From the NCBI RefSeq assembly GCF_013004595.1, contig NZ_JABEMC010000011.1:1-64000 (forward strand): a DNA stretch of 64,000 nucleotides, read 5' to 3'. Positions 38,482 through 50,569 of the stretch are shown here, piece by piece; the stretch's first letter is position 1; every line of letters begins with the position of its first letter. A model generated the notes under the pieces. That model was not told the DNA's origin. It saw only the letters and a list, made by a program, of their open reading frames with translations, and made no database searches. This DNA is from Brevibacterium luteolum. Lineage in GTDB: Bacteria; Actinomycetota; Actinomycetes; Actinomycetales; Brevibacteriaceae. The position numbers were made by a program, and so were the translations under genes.

Positions 38482-38547
38482 GGGCCGGGAGTCTCATTGT
38501 GACCGTCTGCCATTTGCCAGGGGTGTGCAGACGCGTAAGGTGAAGGC

Positions 38548-39045
38548 ATGGCTACTACCGCATTCCAGGGAGATCCTGTCAGCACCAACGGCTCGCTGCC
38601 TGAGACCGGCAGCAAGGCACCTGCCTTTGAACTCGTCGGCACCGACCTGTCCTCAGTCACCTCTGCCGATGTCGCCGGCAAGCGCGTCGTGCTCAACATC
38701 TTTCCCAGCGTCGACACCGGCGTGTGCGCTGAGAGCGTGCGCAAGTTCAACGAGCTCGCCGGCACGCTCGACAACACCGCTGTCATCTGCGCCTCGAAGG
38801 ACCTGCCGTTCGCCCTCGGCCGGTTCTGCGGCGCGGAGGGACTCGACAACGTCACCAGCGCCTCGGCCTTCCGCACCGACTTCGGCGATGACTACGGTGT
38901 GCGCATGACCGACGGCCCGCTGGCCGGCCTGCTCGCCCGCTCAGTCGTCGTGCTCGACGAGAACGGCGTCGTGCTGCACTCCCAGCTCGTCCCGGAGATC
39001 GGCCAGGAACCGGACTACGACGCAGCCGTCGCCGCCCTGGGCTGA
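38548..39045 (+). CDS. tpx: Thiol peroxidase Tpx
   Basis: [35 protein letters not shown]. Confidence 0.96.
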   Translation: MATTAFQGDPVSTNGSLPETGSKAPAFELVGTDLSSVTSADVAGKRVVLNIFPSVDTGVCAESVRKFNELAGTLDNTAVICASKDLPFALGRFCGAEGLDNVTSASAFRTDFGDDYGVRMTDGPLAGLLARSVVVLDENGVVLHSQLVPEIGQEPDYDAAVAALG

Positions 39046-39086
39046 CGCGCCCACCACCTCGGCGCCGGAAACCGGCGCATCACCGA

Positions 39087-39120
39087 CAGCCGGCTGGATC
39101 TGCACAGATCCAGCCGGCTG
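39087..39120. terminator. Perfect 16-bp inverted repeat between convergent genes
   Basis: CAGCCGGCTGGATCTG-ca-CAGATCCAGCCGGCTG. Confidence 0.75.
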
Positions 39121-39121
39121 C

Positions 39122-39841
39122 TCACATCTGAATCGCGCGGAACCCCACGGCGTTGGCCACGCCGGCGCGCTCACCGGCAGCAGCGGTCATGCCCTCGAGC
39201 ATCTCGCGCGGGGCGGGGTGCCCCGGCAGGGCGTCGAGGTAGACCTCGTGGGCTGACAGCGAGGCGATGCCGCGCTCCAGCGGCTCCCCGGTGACATCGA
39301 CAGCGCAGGTCGGCTCATCACCCGAGACGAGCAGCCAGTCCGCCTTCCACGCCTCCAGGCCCTCCTCGTCGCGCAGTTCGGGGAAGACCCACGGATTGTC
39401 GGCATCGCGGATCGCATCGATGACAGCCAGGCCGACATTGCGGTGGTCGACGTGGTTGAGCCCAAAGCTGACCTCCAGCTTCCACGGCAGCGTGATGATC
39501 GCCTGCGGGCGGTAGGACCGGATCTGCCGGGCGATCGCCCGGCGCAGCGCATGGTCGGCCTCGACGAGACCATCAGGGAAGTCGAGGATCGTCAGCGACT
39601 CAACCCCCACCTCGGCGCAGGCGGCCTCCTGCTCGCGGCGGCGCAACGATGCGACCTCGGCCGGATCCATGTCGCGGATGCCGGCCTCACCGGCGGTCAG
39701 CAGAAGATAGGAGACATCGATCCCGGCCGCTGTCCAGGCTGCGACGGCGCATGAGGCGCCGTATTCCATGTCGTCGGGATGGGCGACGACGCCGAGGACG
39801 CGGTCGATGCCGGTGGTGTCGAAGAATTCGAGATCGCTCAT
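39122..39841 (-). CDS. PIG-L family deacetylase
   Basis: VAHPDDMEYG, T.GEAG, NHVDHR. Confidence 0.92.
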   Translation of the reverse strand: MSDLEFFDTTGIDRVLGVVAHPDDMEYGASCAVAAWTAAGIDVSYLLLTAGEAGIRDMDPAEVASLRRREQEAACAEVGVESLTILDFPDGLVEADHALRRAIARQIRSYRPQAIITLPWKLEVSFGLNHVDHRNVGLAVIDAIRDADNPWVFPELRDEEGLEAWKADWLLVSGDEPTCAVDVTGEPLERGIASLSAHEVYLDALPGHPAPREMLEGMTAAAGERAGVANAVGFRAIQM

Positions 39842-39872
39842 GCATCCACCCTAGGCCATGGGCGGGCACATC

Positions 39873-40940
39873 TCAGCGGGACTCGTCTGCCGCCTCCGGT
39901 CCGTCGCCGGCGGCGTGGGAGCCGCCTGCAGGGTCGGGGCCGGACTGCGCTCCGGGAGCGGAGCCGGTGCTCGCCGGGGCACTCTGCTCGGCGTCCTCGC
40001 CGCTGTCCTTCGTGCCGTGGCCGAAGGGCAGCAGGTGCATGACGCCGACGATGAGGAGCCCGACGATGAGGCCGAGGATGAGCGAGCAGATCGTGTTGAT
40101 GAGCCAGCCGAGCACCGCCCCGACCGCCGGCACGGCAGCGCCGTAGCCCTCGAGGTGGTGGACGACGCCGTAGAGTCCGTCCCAGCCGAGGTCCTTGGTG
40201 CCCACGAGCAGGATGTGTCCGCCGACCCACAGCATGGCGAAGGTGCCGATGATCGAGATCGCATCGAGCACGCGCGGCATCGCAGCGACGAGGAAGTGGC
40301 CGAACTTCTGCGTGCCAGCAGACTCCTTCTGCGTCATCGCCAGGCCGATGTCGTCCATCTTCACCAGCAGCGCGACAACGCCGTAGACGAGTACCGTGAT
40401 GCCGACGGCGACGGCGATGAGGATGATCGTGCGGTTGACGAGCGGCTCGCTGGCGACCTCGTTGAGGGAGATGACCATGATCTCGGTCGAGAGGATGAAG
40501 TCGGTGCGCACCGCACCGGTGACGACCTGCTTCTCGCTCTTCTCACCCTGCAGCTGCGTGGGCTGCTCCTTCTCCGCGTGGTGGCCGCGCAGCTTCTCCC
40601 AGACCTTCTCGGCGCCTTCGAAGCACAGATAGCAGCCGCCGATCATGAGCAGCGGCGTGAGCACCCACGGCAGGAACTGGCTGAGCAGCAGTGCGGCCGG
40701 CAGGATGATGAGCAGCTTGTTGCGCAGCGAACCGAGTGCGATCTTCCAGATGATCGGCAGCTCGCGTGCCGGGGAGACACCGTGCACGTACTGCGGGGTG
40801 ACGGCGGCGTCGTCGACGACGACACCGGCGGCCTTCGCGCTGGCGCGGGCGGTCGCGGCTGCCACATCGTCGGCGCTGGCAGCCGCCATGCGCGCCATCG
40901 CGGCGATATCGTCGAGCAGTGCGACGATGCCGCCGCTCAT
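39873..40940 (-). CDS. DUF808 (YedI-like) membrane protein
   Basis: ALLDDIA, KAAGVVVDDAAVTP, RELPIIW, RTDFILS.EIM, VKMDD.G. Confidence 0.92.
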   Translation of the reverse strand: MSGGIVALLDDIAAMARMAAASADDVAAATARASAKAAGVVVDDAAVTPQYVHGVSPARELPIIWKIALGSLRNKLLIILPAALLLSQFLPWVLTPLLMIGGCYLCFEGAEKVWEKLRGHHAEKEQPTQLQGEKSEKQVVTGAVRTDFILSTEIMVISLNEVASEPLVNRTIILIAVAVGITVLVYGVVALLVKMDDIGLAMTQKESAGTQKFGHFLVAAMPRVLDAISIIGTFAMLWVGGHILLVGTKDLGWDGLYGVVHHLEGYGAAVPAVGAVLGWLINTICSLILGLIVGLLIVGVMHLLPFGHGTKDSGEDAEQSAPASTGSAPGAQSGPDPAGGSHAAGDGPEAADESR

Positions 40941-41052
40941 CGTCCGGCTCCCGAGGCGGTGTGCGCCGCGCGCGGATCGTGCAGGTGGGTCCTCGCTGTC
41001 ATAGCTGACATCTTACGGCCCACCGGCGCTGAAGCGGCGCTCATCGGCACGG

Positions 41053-42558
41053 TCACTTGACGCCGCGCATGAGCCGGATGACCGGCTTGGCCGTCAGCAG
41101 CACGATGAGGCCGGCGACGATCGAGGCCAGGCCGAGCGTCGTCCAGTACGGCACCTGGTTGTTCGCGTCGTAGTACGTCGCGAACACACCGGACAGCGAG
41201 GTGCCGACACCGGAGCCCAGGAAGTACAGGGCGATCATCTGCGAGGTGAACACCTTCGGCGACAGGCGGGTGGCCACCGACAGGCCGATGGGGGAGATGA
41301 GCAGCTCGGCGACGACGAAGAGCGCGAGGATGAACGTCACCCACAGCAGCGGCACGGTGTTGCCGTGCGACTGCGCGAACGGCAGGAACAGCAGGTAGGA
41401 CCCGCCGATGACGAGCAGCGACAGCCCGGCCTTGATCGGGGTGGCCGGTTGCCGGTCGCCGAGCTTGAGCCAGATCGCGGAGAACACCGGGGCCAGGGCG
41501 ATGACGAAGACCGGCGGGATGAGCGCGATCCAGGCGATCGGCATCTCCCAGCCGAAGATGCTGCGGTTGAGCTCGGTGTCGGAGTAGGCGGTGAGGACGT
41601 TGAAGATCTGCTGGTACAGCGACCAGAACGCCACCGTCGCCAGCACGAACGGGATGAACGACAGGGTGCGGGAGCGTTCGACCTCGGTGATCTCCTTGCT
41701 GCGCAGGATGACGGTGAAGTAGGCGGTCGCGGCGATGAGGCAGACGAGGGTGGTCCAGATCGCGAGGTTGTCGGCGTTCATGAACCCCGACATCCACAGC
41801 ACGGTGATGACGGCGATGACGCCGATCGCGCCCGCACCGAACTTCCAGCGCTGACCAGCCGGCAGCGGGTTGACGACGATCTTCGCCGAGGCGGGGATGT
41901 TCTTGCGTCCGGTCATGTAGACGACGAGGCCGATGGCCATGCCGACGGCGGCAGCACCGAAGCCGACGTGGAAGCCGATGCTCTTCTGCAGCCAGCCGGT
42001 GAGCAGCGGGCCGAGGAAGGCGCCGATGTTGATGCCCATGTAGAACAGCGAGAATCCGGCCTCGCGGCGGGTGTCCTTCTCTGTGTAGAGCGTGCCGACG
42101 ATCGCACTGGCGGTGGCCTTGAGGCCGCCGGAGCCGAGCGCGACGAGGATGAGACCGACGGCCACGCCGCCGACCCCGGGCAGCACGCCGAGGGCGATGT
42201 GACCGCACATGATGATGACGGCAGACCAGAACAGCACCGGTTCGGTACCGAACACCCGGTCGGCCAGCCAGGCCCCGCCGACGGTGGCGAGGAAGACTGC
42301 GCCGCCGTAGGCGCCGACGATCGCCAGGGCCGTCGGCTGGTGGATGCCGAGCCCGCCGTCAGTGGTGTTGAAGTACAGGTACAGGGCCAGGATGCCGGTC
42401 ATGCCGTAGTAGGAGAAGCGCTCCCACATCTCGAGGCCGAACAGCTGCATGAGCGGCAGCGGGTGGCCGAAGAAGCGAGTGTCGTTGCGCATGTCCTCAG
42501 CGCTCAGAGCCGAGGCGTCCGTCTGAGACGAGCCAGTCATATCCTTAGTCCTTGTCAT
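41053..42558 (-). CDS. POT/PTR family peptide:H+ symporter
   Basis: FFGHP, EMWERFSYYGM, FYMGINIG, ELLISPIGLS. Confidence 0.95.
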   Translation of the reverse strand: MTRTKDMTGSSQTDASALSAEDMRNDTRFFGHPLPLMQLFGLEMWERFSYYGMTGILALYLYFNTTDGGLGIHQPTALAIVGAYGGAVFLATVGGAWLADRVFGTEPVLFWSAVIIMCGHIALGVLPGVGGVAVGLILVALGSGGLKATASAIVGTLYTEKDTRREAGFSLFYMGINIGAFLGPLLTGWLQKSIGFHVGFGAAAVGMAIGLVVYMTGRKNIPASAKIVVNPLPAGQRWKFGAGAIGVIAVITVLWMSGFMNADNLAIWTTLVCLIAATAYFTVILRSKEITEVERSRTLSFIPFVLATVAFWSLYQQIFNVLTAYSDTELNRSIFGWEMPIAWIALIPPVFVIALAPVFSAIWLKLGDRQPATPIKAGLSLLVIGGSYLLFLPFAQSHGNTVPLLWVTFILALFVVAELLISPIGLSVATRLSPKVFTSQMIALYFLGSGVGTSLSGVFATYYDANNQVPYWTTLGLASIVAGLIVLLTAKPVIRLMRGVK

Positions 42559-42779
42559 TCGGTCGCTGCCTTCAGACCAGGGGCCGGCAGGTGCCGGGGC
42601 AGTGCTGAAGGCCGCCGACACTCTACTCCTGTGACACAGCTCGCGCCAACGCGCCCTGCCGCCTGGCTCACACCCTCCAGCTGCTGACCTGGCCTCCTCC
42701 GCCACCGCCTCCACCACCGCCGTCGCTGACAGCCCGGCCGCGCTGTACATGGCCTCGCGGGCGGTGGCAGGATGTGGTC

Positions 42780-43256
42780 ATGACTGCACAGGAGACCACC
42801 GGCGGCGACGCACAGCGCCGCGTCGAGGTGACCAGGATCACGGAGAACCGCTACCGGGCGCGCACCGCCTCGGGCGCTGAGATCGAGTTCGGCCGCGGCG
42901 AGGGGCTCATGACTCCCGTCGAGCTGCTGCTGGCGGCCACCGCCGGCTGCTCGGCCATCGATCTCGACACCGTCACCACCCGCCGCACCGAACCCGAGCG
43001 CTTCGACATCACCGCCACCGGCGAGAAGATCGTCGAGGACGATGAGGCCTCCCGGCTCGATGACATCCGGCTGCACTTCGACCTCGCCTTCCCCGACGAC
43101 CAGGCCGGCCGGCAGTCGGCGAAGATGGTCGAGCGGCTGCTCACGCTCTCCCACGACCGCTACTGCACCGTCTCGCGCACAATCGAGAACGGCGCACCGG
43201 TGACGATGACCTCCGAGGTCAGCCCCGACATCGCAGCACGCTCTCAGGACGCATAA
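42780..43256 (+). CDS. OsmC family protein
   Basis: TPVELLLAA.AGCSAID...RYCTVSRTI. Confidence 0.9.
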   Translation: MTAQETTGGDAQRRVEVTRITENRYRARTASGAEIEFGRGEGLMTPVELLLAATAGCSAIDLDTVTTRRTEPERFDITATGEKIVEDDEASRLDDIRLHFDLAFPDDQAGRQSAKMVERLLTLSHDRYCTVSRTIENGAPVTMTSEVSPDIAARSQDA

Positions 43257-43305
43257 GCGCCCAGCGCTTCGTGCCGGCGGCGCCTGCGCACCTAGGATGA
43301 CCGCC

Positions 43306-44088
43306 ATGGATGACACCTGGTTTGCCGGCGTGGCCGAGTAGCATGAGCTGCTCATGGGTGCCGCCTGGCAGCGGCTCATGGCCCACATCGGGCCCGCCGT
43401 CGCCGAGGCGGTCAGCACCTCGGCGGGTCCGATCGTTGAGTACAGGGCCGGGTCGGGCATCGGCAGCACGCGCCTGCATGAGCGGTTCCCGCACGCCGAT
43501 CTCATCGCGTGCGAACCTGATGCGATCATGCGCGCCGTGCTCTTCGGCCGGCTCGGGGCTGATGCGAGGATGCGTGAGCGCGTCACCGTCATCCCGCTGC
43601 CGGTCGCAGCCGAGCACGCAGAAGAGCTGCGCGCCCAGCTGCCGGCTCCCGGCAGTGTGCCGGTCATCCTCGTCGCCCATGTGCTCGGCATCCTCGACGC
43701 CGATGCCCGGGGTCTGCTGTGGCAGCTCATCGCAGAGTCGCTGACCGATTCCGGCATCGCACTCATCACCGCCGGGTCCCCGCACGCAGACGACCCGGAA
43801 GACGCCGACGCGCAGACCGCGCCAGACGCTCCGCAGGTCTTCATCGAGGACATCACTGTCGGTGCGCACACTGTCACCGGGGAGTACCGGCGCGAGAACG
43901 GGCACATGCAGGTGACTTACACCCAGCGTGATGCCGCCGGTGCGGTGCTGCGGCAGGTCGCGACCGAACCGCGGGAGATCACCGCTTCGCTGATGATCGA
44001 GGACTACCGACGTGAAGCAGCCGACCACGGCTTGGAATCACAGGTGGTCTCGGGCTACATCCTCAGGCTCAGCCGTCAGCCTCAGTGA
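43306..44088 (+). pseudogene. Class I SAM-methyltransferase-like gene with a TAG at codon 12 (43339-43341); downstream ORF from 43354
   Basis: Leaderless TAGGAT-N7-ATG 43306 gives MDDTWFAGVAE*HELLMG in frame with ORF 43354-44088; degenerate motif I VEYRAGSG and CEPD..MR. Confidence 0.6.
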
Positions 44089-44590
44089 ACACCTGGGCGA
44101 AGGCTGCGTGGATGTCAGGGGAGAAGAGCACGAAGCGCACCTCGTCGATGCCCTCCCAGCCCTGGGCGGAGCATGCCTGCCCGGCGGCCTCAGCGGTCTC
44201 GGAAGCCGACCAGCCGTAGACCCCGGCGCCGATCGCCGGAAACGCCACCGTCCTGGCTCCCATACGCTGCGCCTCTCTCAGGCTCTCCGCATAGCAGGAG
44301 ACGAGCACCTCGGGATCGGTCTGGCCGGCGTGCCGGTTCGGGCCGACGGTGTGGATGACCCAGTCAGCAGACAGGTTTCCGGCCGGAGTCGCGACCGCCT
44401 GGCCGGCGGGCAGGCCGTCGGGCAGCTGCTCGGCACGGACTTTCCGGCACTCTTCGAGCAGGTCCGGTCCGGCTGCCCGGTGGATCGCGCCGTCGACTCC
44501 GCCGCCGCCGAGCAGGGAGGAGTTGGCGGCATTGACGATCGCTTCGCAGGTCTCGGCGGTGATGTCTCCGGTGCGCAGGGTGATGCGCAT
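44069..44590 (-). CDS. Macro-domain protein (O-acetyl-ADP-ribose deacetylase, YmdB-like)
   Basis: GDIT, IVNAANSSLLGGGGVDGAIHRAAG, VIHTVGP, FPAIGAGVYG. Confidence 0.96.
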   Translation of the reverse strand: MRITLRTGDITAETCEAIVNAANSSLLGGGGVDGAIHRAAGPDLLEECRKVRAEQLPDGLPAGQAVATPAGNLSADWVIHTVGPNRHAGQTDPEVLVSCYAESLREAQRMGARTVAFPAIGAGVYGWSASETAEAAGQACSAQGWEGIDEVRFVLFSPDIHAAFAQVFTEADG

Positions 44591-44610
44591 AGTCAAGCTG
44601 CTCCTTCGGA

Positions 44611-45063
44611 TCAGGCGACGGTCAGCGAGACGGAGCACAGCCCGCCGTTGACGTCGTATTCGGTGCGGATCTCGGTCGTCTCCAGGTTGAACACCTCGGC
44701 GCCGGCCGTGTTGTCCTCGAACAGGGCGTGGACCCGCTGCGGGGCGCCGAACGTCTTGTGCACCTGCGCGGCATTCGGCCGGCACCACCACGACTCAACG
44801 AGCCAGGAGGGCACGACGATGCCGTTGAAGGAACCGGTGCGGTCGTAAACGAGGCGCAGCTCCACCTCGGCCAGCGTGCCGGAGGCGAAGAGGAACTCGA
44901 CACCGGAGTTGACGAAGGTCCACCACACGCAGTCATCGGATTCCGTGCGCAGCGGATTCTCCCCGACGACGAGCATGGCGGAGAGGACGGCGATGTCATC
45001 GCAGCGGCGGCCGACAGCGCGACTGAGGGGAAGGATGTTTCCGGACACGGGCAGCGCGTTCAT
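44611..45063 (-). CDS. Hypothetical protein (150 aa)
   Basis: GC3-biased ORF, leaderless TAAGCT-N7-ATG, ends 20 bp before the macro gene. Confidence 0.7.
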   Translation of the reverse strand: MNALPVSGNILPLSRAVGRRCDDIAVLSAMLVVGENPLRTESDDCVWWTFVNSGVEFLFASGTLAEVELRLVYDRTGSFNGIVVPSWLVESWWCRPNAAQVHKTFGAPQRVHALFEDNTAGAEVFNLETTEIRTEYDVNGGLCSVSLTVA

Positions 45064-45241
45064 GTGACACAGCTTACAGTCGCTCACGTGTGAAGCGGGA
45101 GGGGCTGGACAGCGCGCCTGTATCACGATTGCGTGACGATCGGCGACCCGGCGGGTGGATCTTTTCACCGGCAATCGGGTTTTGGCTACGGTGAGATCGC
45201 ATTCGTGTCCCACTTCCCACCAGGTCACTGGAAGGACATCC

Positions 45242-46414
45242 ATGTCTCGCACGACCCGTGCCCCGCTGCGCCGACGGTACCGCACCGTCCTCGCCGCAGC
45301 CGTTCTCACAGCCACCGGGCTCACCGGCGTGGCCGGTCCCGCCGCGGCCAACCCGCTGGCCGATCCTCCGCAGATCGGTCACGATCTGCCGCCGCGCCCG
45401 CCGATCAAGCAGATCGAAGTCGATCCGCTCACCGGCCACGTCATCGACACCAACCCGGCCGCCGATCCGCCGCTCAAGCCCGGCTCCGGGCTGCACGAGG
45501 GCAAACCGGCCTTCGTCGACGTCGCCGTTGCCACGGTCTGGACCGATTCCTCCAGCCCGCGCAAGGTCGACCAGCCGGCGCTGGCCAACCCAGTGAAGCT
45601 CGATGAGTGGAACGCCAACCTCAAGGACACCGAGGTGCGCCGCGGACTGACCGGCAAGACACAGACCCAGGCGCTCTACGGCGACGAAGTCCGTGTCCTG
45701 TCGCTTACGAAGGACTGGGCGAAGGTCGCCGTGCGCTCGCAGTCCGACCCCGGCGCCAAGCACGGCTATGAGGGCTGGATGCCGCGCGCCCAGCTCGTCG
45801 GCAACCCGGACTTCGGCAAGCTGCGCGGTGCAGGCGAGCTCGCCGTCGTCAAGGCGGTCAAGACCGCTGTCAGCGACGCCCCGGGCGGCAAGGCGATGAA
45901 GGCCGTGTCGACGAACACCGAACTGCCGGTGCTCACCCGCAGCGATGATGCCGTGCGCGTGCGCCTGCCCAACGGCACCACCGGCTGGGTCAAGTCCGCT
46001 GACGTGCGCCTGCAGGCGTCCGGCACCGGCGCCCCGAAGCCCAAGCCGACCGATCTGACCGCCACGGCCAAACGGTATGAGGGCATCCGGTACCTGTGGG
46101 CTGGCACGTCCCAGTACGGCTTCGACTGCTCCGGTTTCACCTATGCAGTCTTCCGCTCCCACGGCATCGACATCCCGCGCGACTCCGGCCCGCAGTCGAA
46201 GGCCGGCAAGAGCGTGAAGGCCTCGCAGCTGCAGCATGGCGACCTCATCTTCTTCGCCAATCGCGGCGGCAAGGGATCGGTCCACCATGTCGGCATGTAC
46301 ATCGGCGGCGGGAAGATGATCCACGCCCCGAACGCCTCGAAGAACGTCGAGATCGTCGACTGGAAGAAGTGGGATCGCTCCGGCCAGTTCGCCGGCGCCA
46401 AGCGCTACCTCTGA
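45242..46414 (+). CDS. Secreted NlpC/P60 (C40) peptidase with SH3-like domains (YkfC-like)
   Basis: Signal peptide, TQALYGD, YEGW, YLWAG...GFDCSGF, PRDS, HHVGMYIG.G.MIHAP. Confidence 0.93.
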   Translation: MSRTTRAPLRRRYRTVLAAAVLTATGLTGVAGPAAANPLADPPQIGHDLPPRPPIKQIEVDPLTGHVIDTNPAADPPLKPGSGLHEGKPAFVDVAVATVWTDSSSPRKVDQPALANPVKLDEWNANLKDTEVRRGLTGKTQTQALYGDEVRVLSLTKDWAKVAVRSQSDPGAKHGYEGWMPRAQLVGNPDFGKLRGAGELAVVKAVKTAVSDAPGGKAMKAVSTNTELPVLTRSDDAVRVRLPNGTTGWVKSADVRLQASGTGAPKPKPTDLTATAKRYEGIRYLWAGTSQYGFDCSGFTYAVFRSHGIDIPRDSGPQSKAGKSVKASQLQHGDLIFFANRGGKGSVHHVGMYIGGGKMIHAPNASKNVEIVDWKKWDRSGQFAGAKRYL

Positions 46415-46438
46415 CAGATCTGAGCGCTGAGAACAGCA

Positions 46439-46466
46439 GGGCCCGGAACCGATCGGTTCCGGGCCC
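46439..46466. terminator. Perfect 28-bp palindrome between convergent genes
   Basis: GGGCCCGGAACCGATCGGTTCCGGGCCC. Confidence 0.75.
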
Positions 46467-46492
46467 AGCTGTTGTCGCTGAGGATCAGAGGA

Positions 46493-48850
<2,358 letters not shown>

Positions 48851-48939
48851 CTATCCTGTTGCGCGGGGTCCACGCGACCCTGCCGCCACCAGGGAAGATC
48901 CGGTGACGGCTGAGTACCAGCACAGGGGAGGAGACCGCG

Positions 48940-49578
48940 ATGGCGAAGCTGTACTTCCGCTACGGCGCCATGAATTCGGGCAAGTCCACCGCCCTGCTGC
49001 AGGCGGCCTACAATTATGAGGAGCGCGGCCAGCGGGTGCTGCTGGCCAAGCCGCGCATCGACACGAAGGGCGCTGACGAGATCGTCTCCCGCTTAGGCGT
49101 CACCCGCACCGTCGACTTCCTCATCGACGCTGATGCCGATGTCGAGCAGATCTTTGCCGACACCGCCGGCTACGTCGACCACGATGCGCTCATCGAGAGC
49201 CTGGAGATGCCCGTCCAGCCGGTCGCCTGCCTGCTCATCGACGAAGCCCAGTTCCTCACCGGCAGCCAGGTCGATGACTGCCTGCGGATCGCGACCCTGC
49301 ACAACGTGCCGGTCATGGCCTACGGCATCCGCACCGACTTCCAGACACGGGCCTTCCCCGGCTCAGCGAGGCTGCTGGAGATCGCCCACACGCTCGAGGA
49401 GCTCAAGACGATCTGCCGGTGCGGGCGCAAGGCGATGTTCAACGGCCGCCAGGTTGATGGCGAGTTCGTCTTCTCCGGCGACCAGGTCGCCATCGACGGC
49501 ATGGACGTCACCTACGAGTCGCTGTGCGCCAACTGCTATCTCACCCGGTCCGGGGGAGTGCTCGGCGCGCCGCGCTGA
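48940..49578 (+). CDS. tdk: Thymidine kinase
   Basis: YGAMNSGKST, IDEAQFL, YGIRTDF, ICRCG...YESLC..C. Confidence 0.97.
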   Translation: MAKLYFRYGAMNSGKSTALLQAAYNYEERGQRVLLAKPRIDTKGADEIVSRLGVTRTVDFLIDADADVEQIFADTAGYVDHDALIESLEMPVQPVACLLIDEAQFLTGSQVDDCLRIATLHNVPVMAYGIRTDFQTRAFPGSARLLEIAHTLEELKTICRCGRKAMFNGRQVDGEFVFSGDQVAIDGMDVTYESLCANCYLTRSGGVLGAPR

Positions 49579-49699
49579 GCCGGCCGCCGCCTCGGCGACG
49601 CCTAACGATCCGGACACGCCTGCGCCCTGCGGTATCGGTGCGTGAGCGCCTTCACTATGGTGGAAGCTGAACGTTCCGTGTGAAGGAGGAGGCTCGACC

Positions 49700-50509
49700 A
49701 TGACGATCCCGCTGCTGTCCTACTCGATCGTCCACGATCCCGGCCCCGACGCTCCCGTCCTCATCCTCGGCAACGCGCTGGGCACCACCCGCGAACTTTG
49801 GGCTGGTGTGGCCTACCGGATGGCCGATGACTACCGCATCGTCACCTTCGACCTGCCCGGCCACGACCCCGCCAGTCACACCGCAGACGATCTTGAAGCC
49901 CAGCTCGCCGACCTCACTCTGACCGACATCGCCGCTGGTGTCATCGCCATCGCCGATGCGATCGGCGCTGAGACCTTCCTCTACGCCGGCCTGTCGATCA
50001 GCGGCGGGGTGGCCATGCAGCTGGCCCTCGACCACCCCGACCGGGTCACCGCCGCAGCCGCTCTGTGCGCGGCCCCGAAGTTCGGTGACGCTGAGAGCTG
50101 GGACGCGCGCATCGCCGCCGTCCGGGCTGACGGCACCCGCAGCCTCATCCCCGACACCGCCGACCGGTGGTTCGCCGCCGGCTTCCTCGACGAGGACAAC
50201 CCGGCAGGCCCGATGGTCTGCGAGATGCTCGGCAACGTCCCTGACGCCGGCTACATCGCCTGCTGCCAGGCGCTGTCGCGCTTCGACCTCACCGACCGGA
50301 TCTCCGACATCTCCATCCCGATCCTCTTCGTCGCCGGCGCCCAGGACATCGGCAACCCGCCGGAGTCCATGCGCGCCCTGGCCGAACAGGTCGAGGCAGG
50401 TGAAGCGACCGTCATCCCGGATGCCGCCCACATCGTCGTCGCCGAACACCCCGACCTCGTCTGCGATGCGCTGACCGCCTTCTTCTCCCGCACCGAGAAC
50501 CGCAGCTGA
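49700..50509 (+). CDS. Alpha/beta hydrolase, 3-oxoadipate enol-lactonase (PcaD)-like
   Basis: GNALGT, DLPGH, GLSISG, W..R...V, GY..CC.AL, AAH. Confidence 0.8.
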   Translation: MTIPLLSYSIVHDPGPDAPVLILGNALGTTRELWAGVAYRMADDYRIVTFDLPGHDPASHTADDLEAQLADLTLTDIAAGVIAIADAIGAETFLYAGLSISGGVAMQLALDHPDRVTAAAALCAAPKFGDAESWDARIAAVRADGTRSLIPDTADRWFAAGFLDEDNPAGPMVCEMLGNVPDAGYIACCQALSRFDLTDRISDISIPILFVAGAQDIGNPPESMRALAEQVEAGEATVIPDAAHIVVAEHPDLVCDALTAFFSRTENRS

Positions 50510-50569
50510 CACACCCCGTCCACCCGCCCCATCCATCCGCCTGTCCACCGCCCCCATCGATCTGAGGGA

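Noticed and set aside
45064..45241. c-di-AMP (ydaO) riboswitch expected upstream of an actinobacterial NlpC/P60 gene
   Set aside because: The characteristic GCUGAAUCC, GGGGUGAAU and CCCGUCAGCUAAC-like segments are not present.
26212..46466. REP-like family formed by GATC-containing palindromes at 26212, 39087 and 46439
   Set aside because: The arms differ in sequence and each sits between convergent genes, so bidirectional terminators explain them.
49700..50509. Beta-ketoadipate (pca) catabolic cluster
   Set aside because: Only a PcaD-like hydrolase is present, with no other pca or cat genes nearby, so no gene symbol was assigned.
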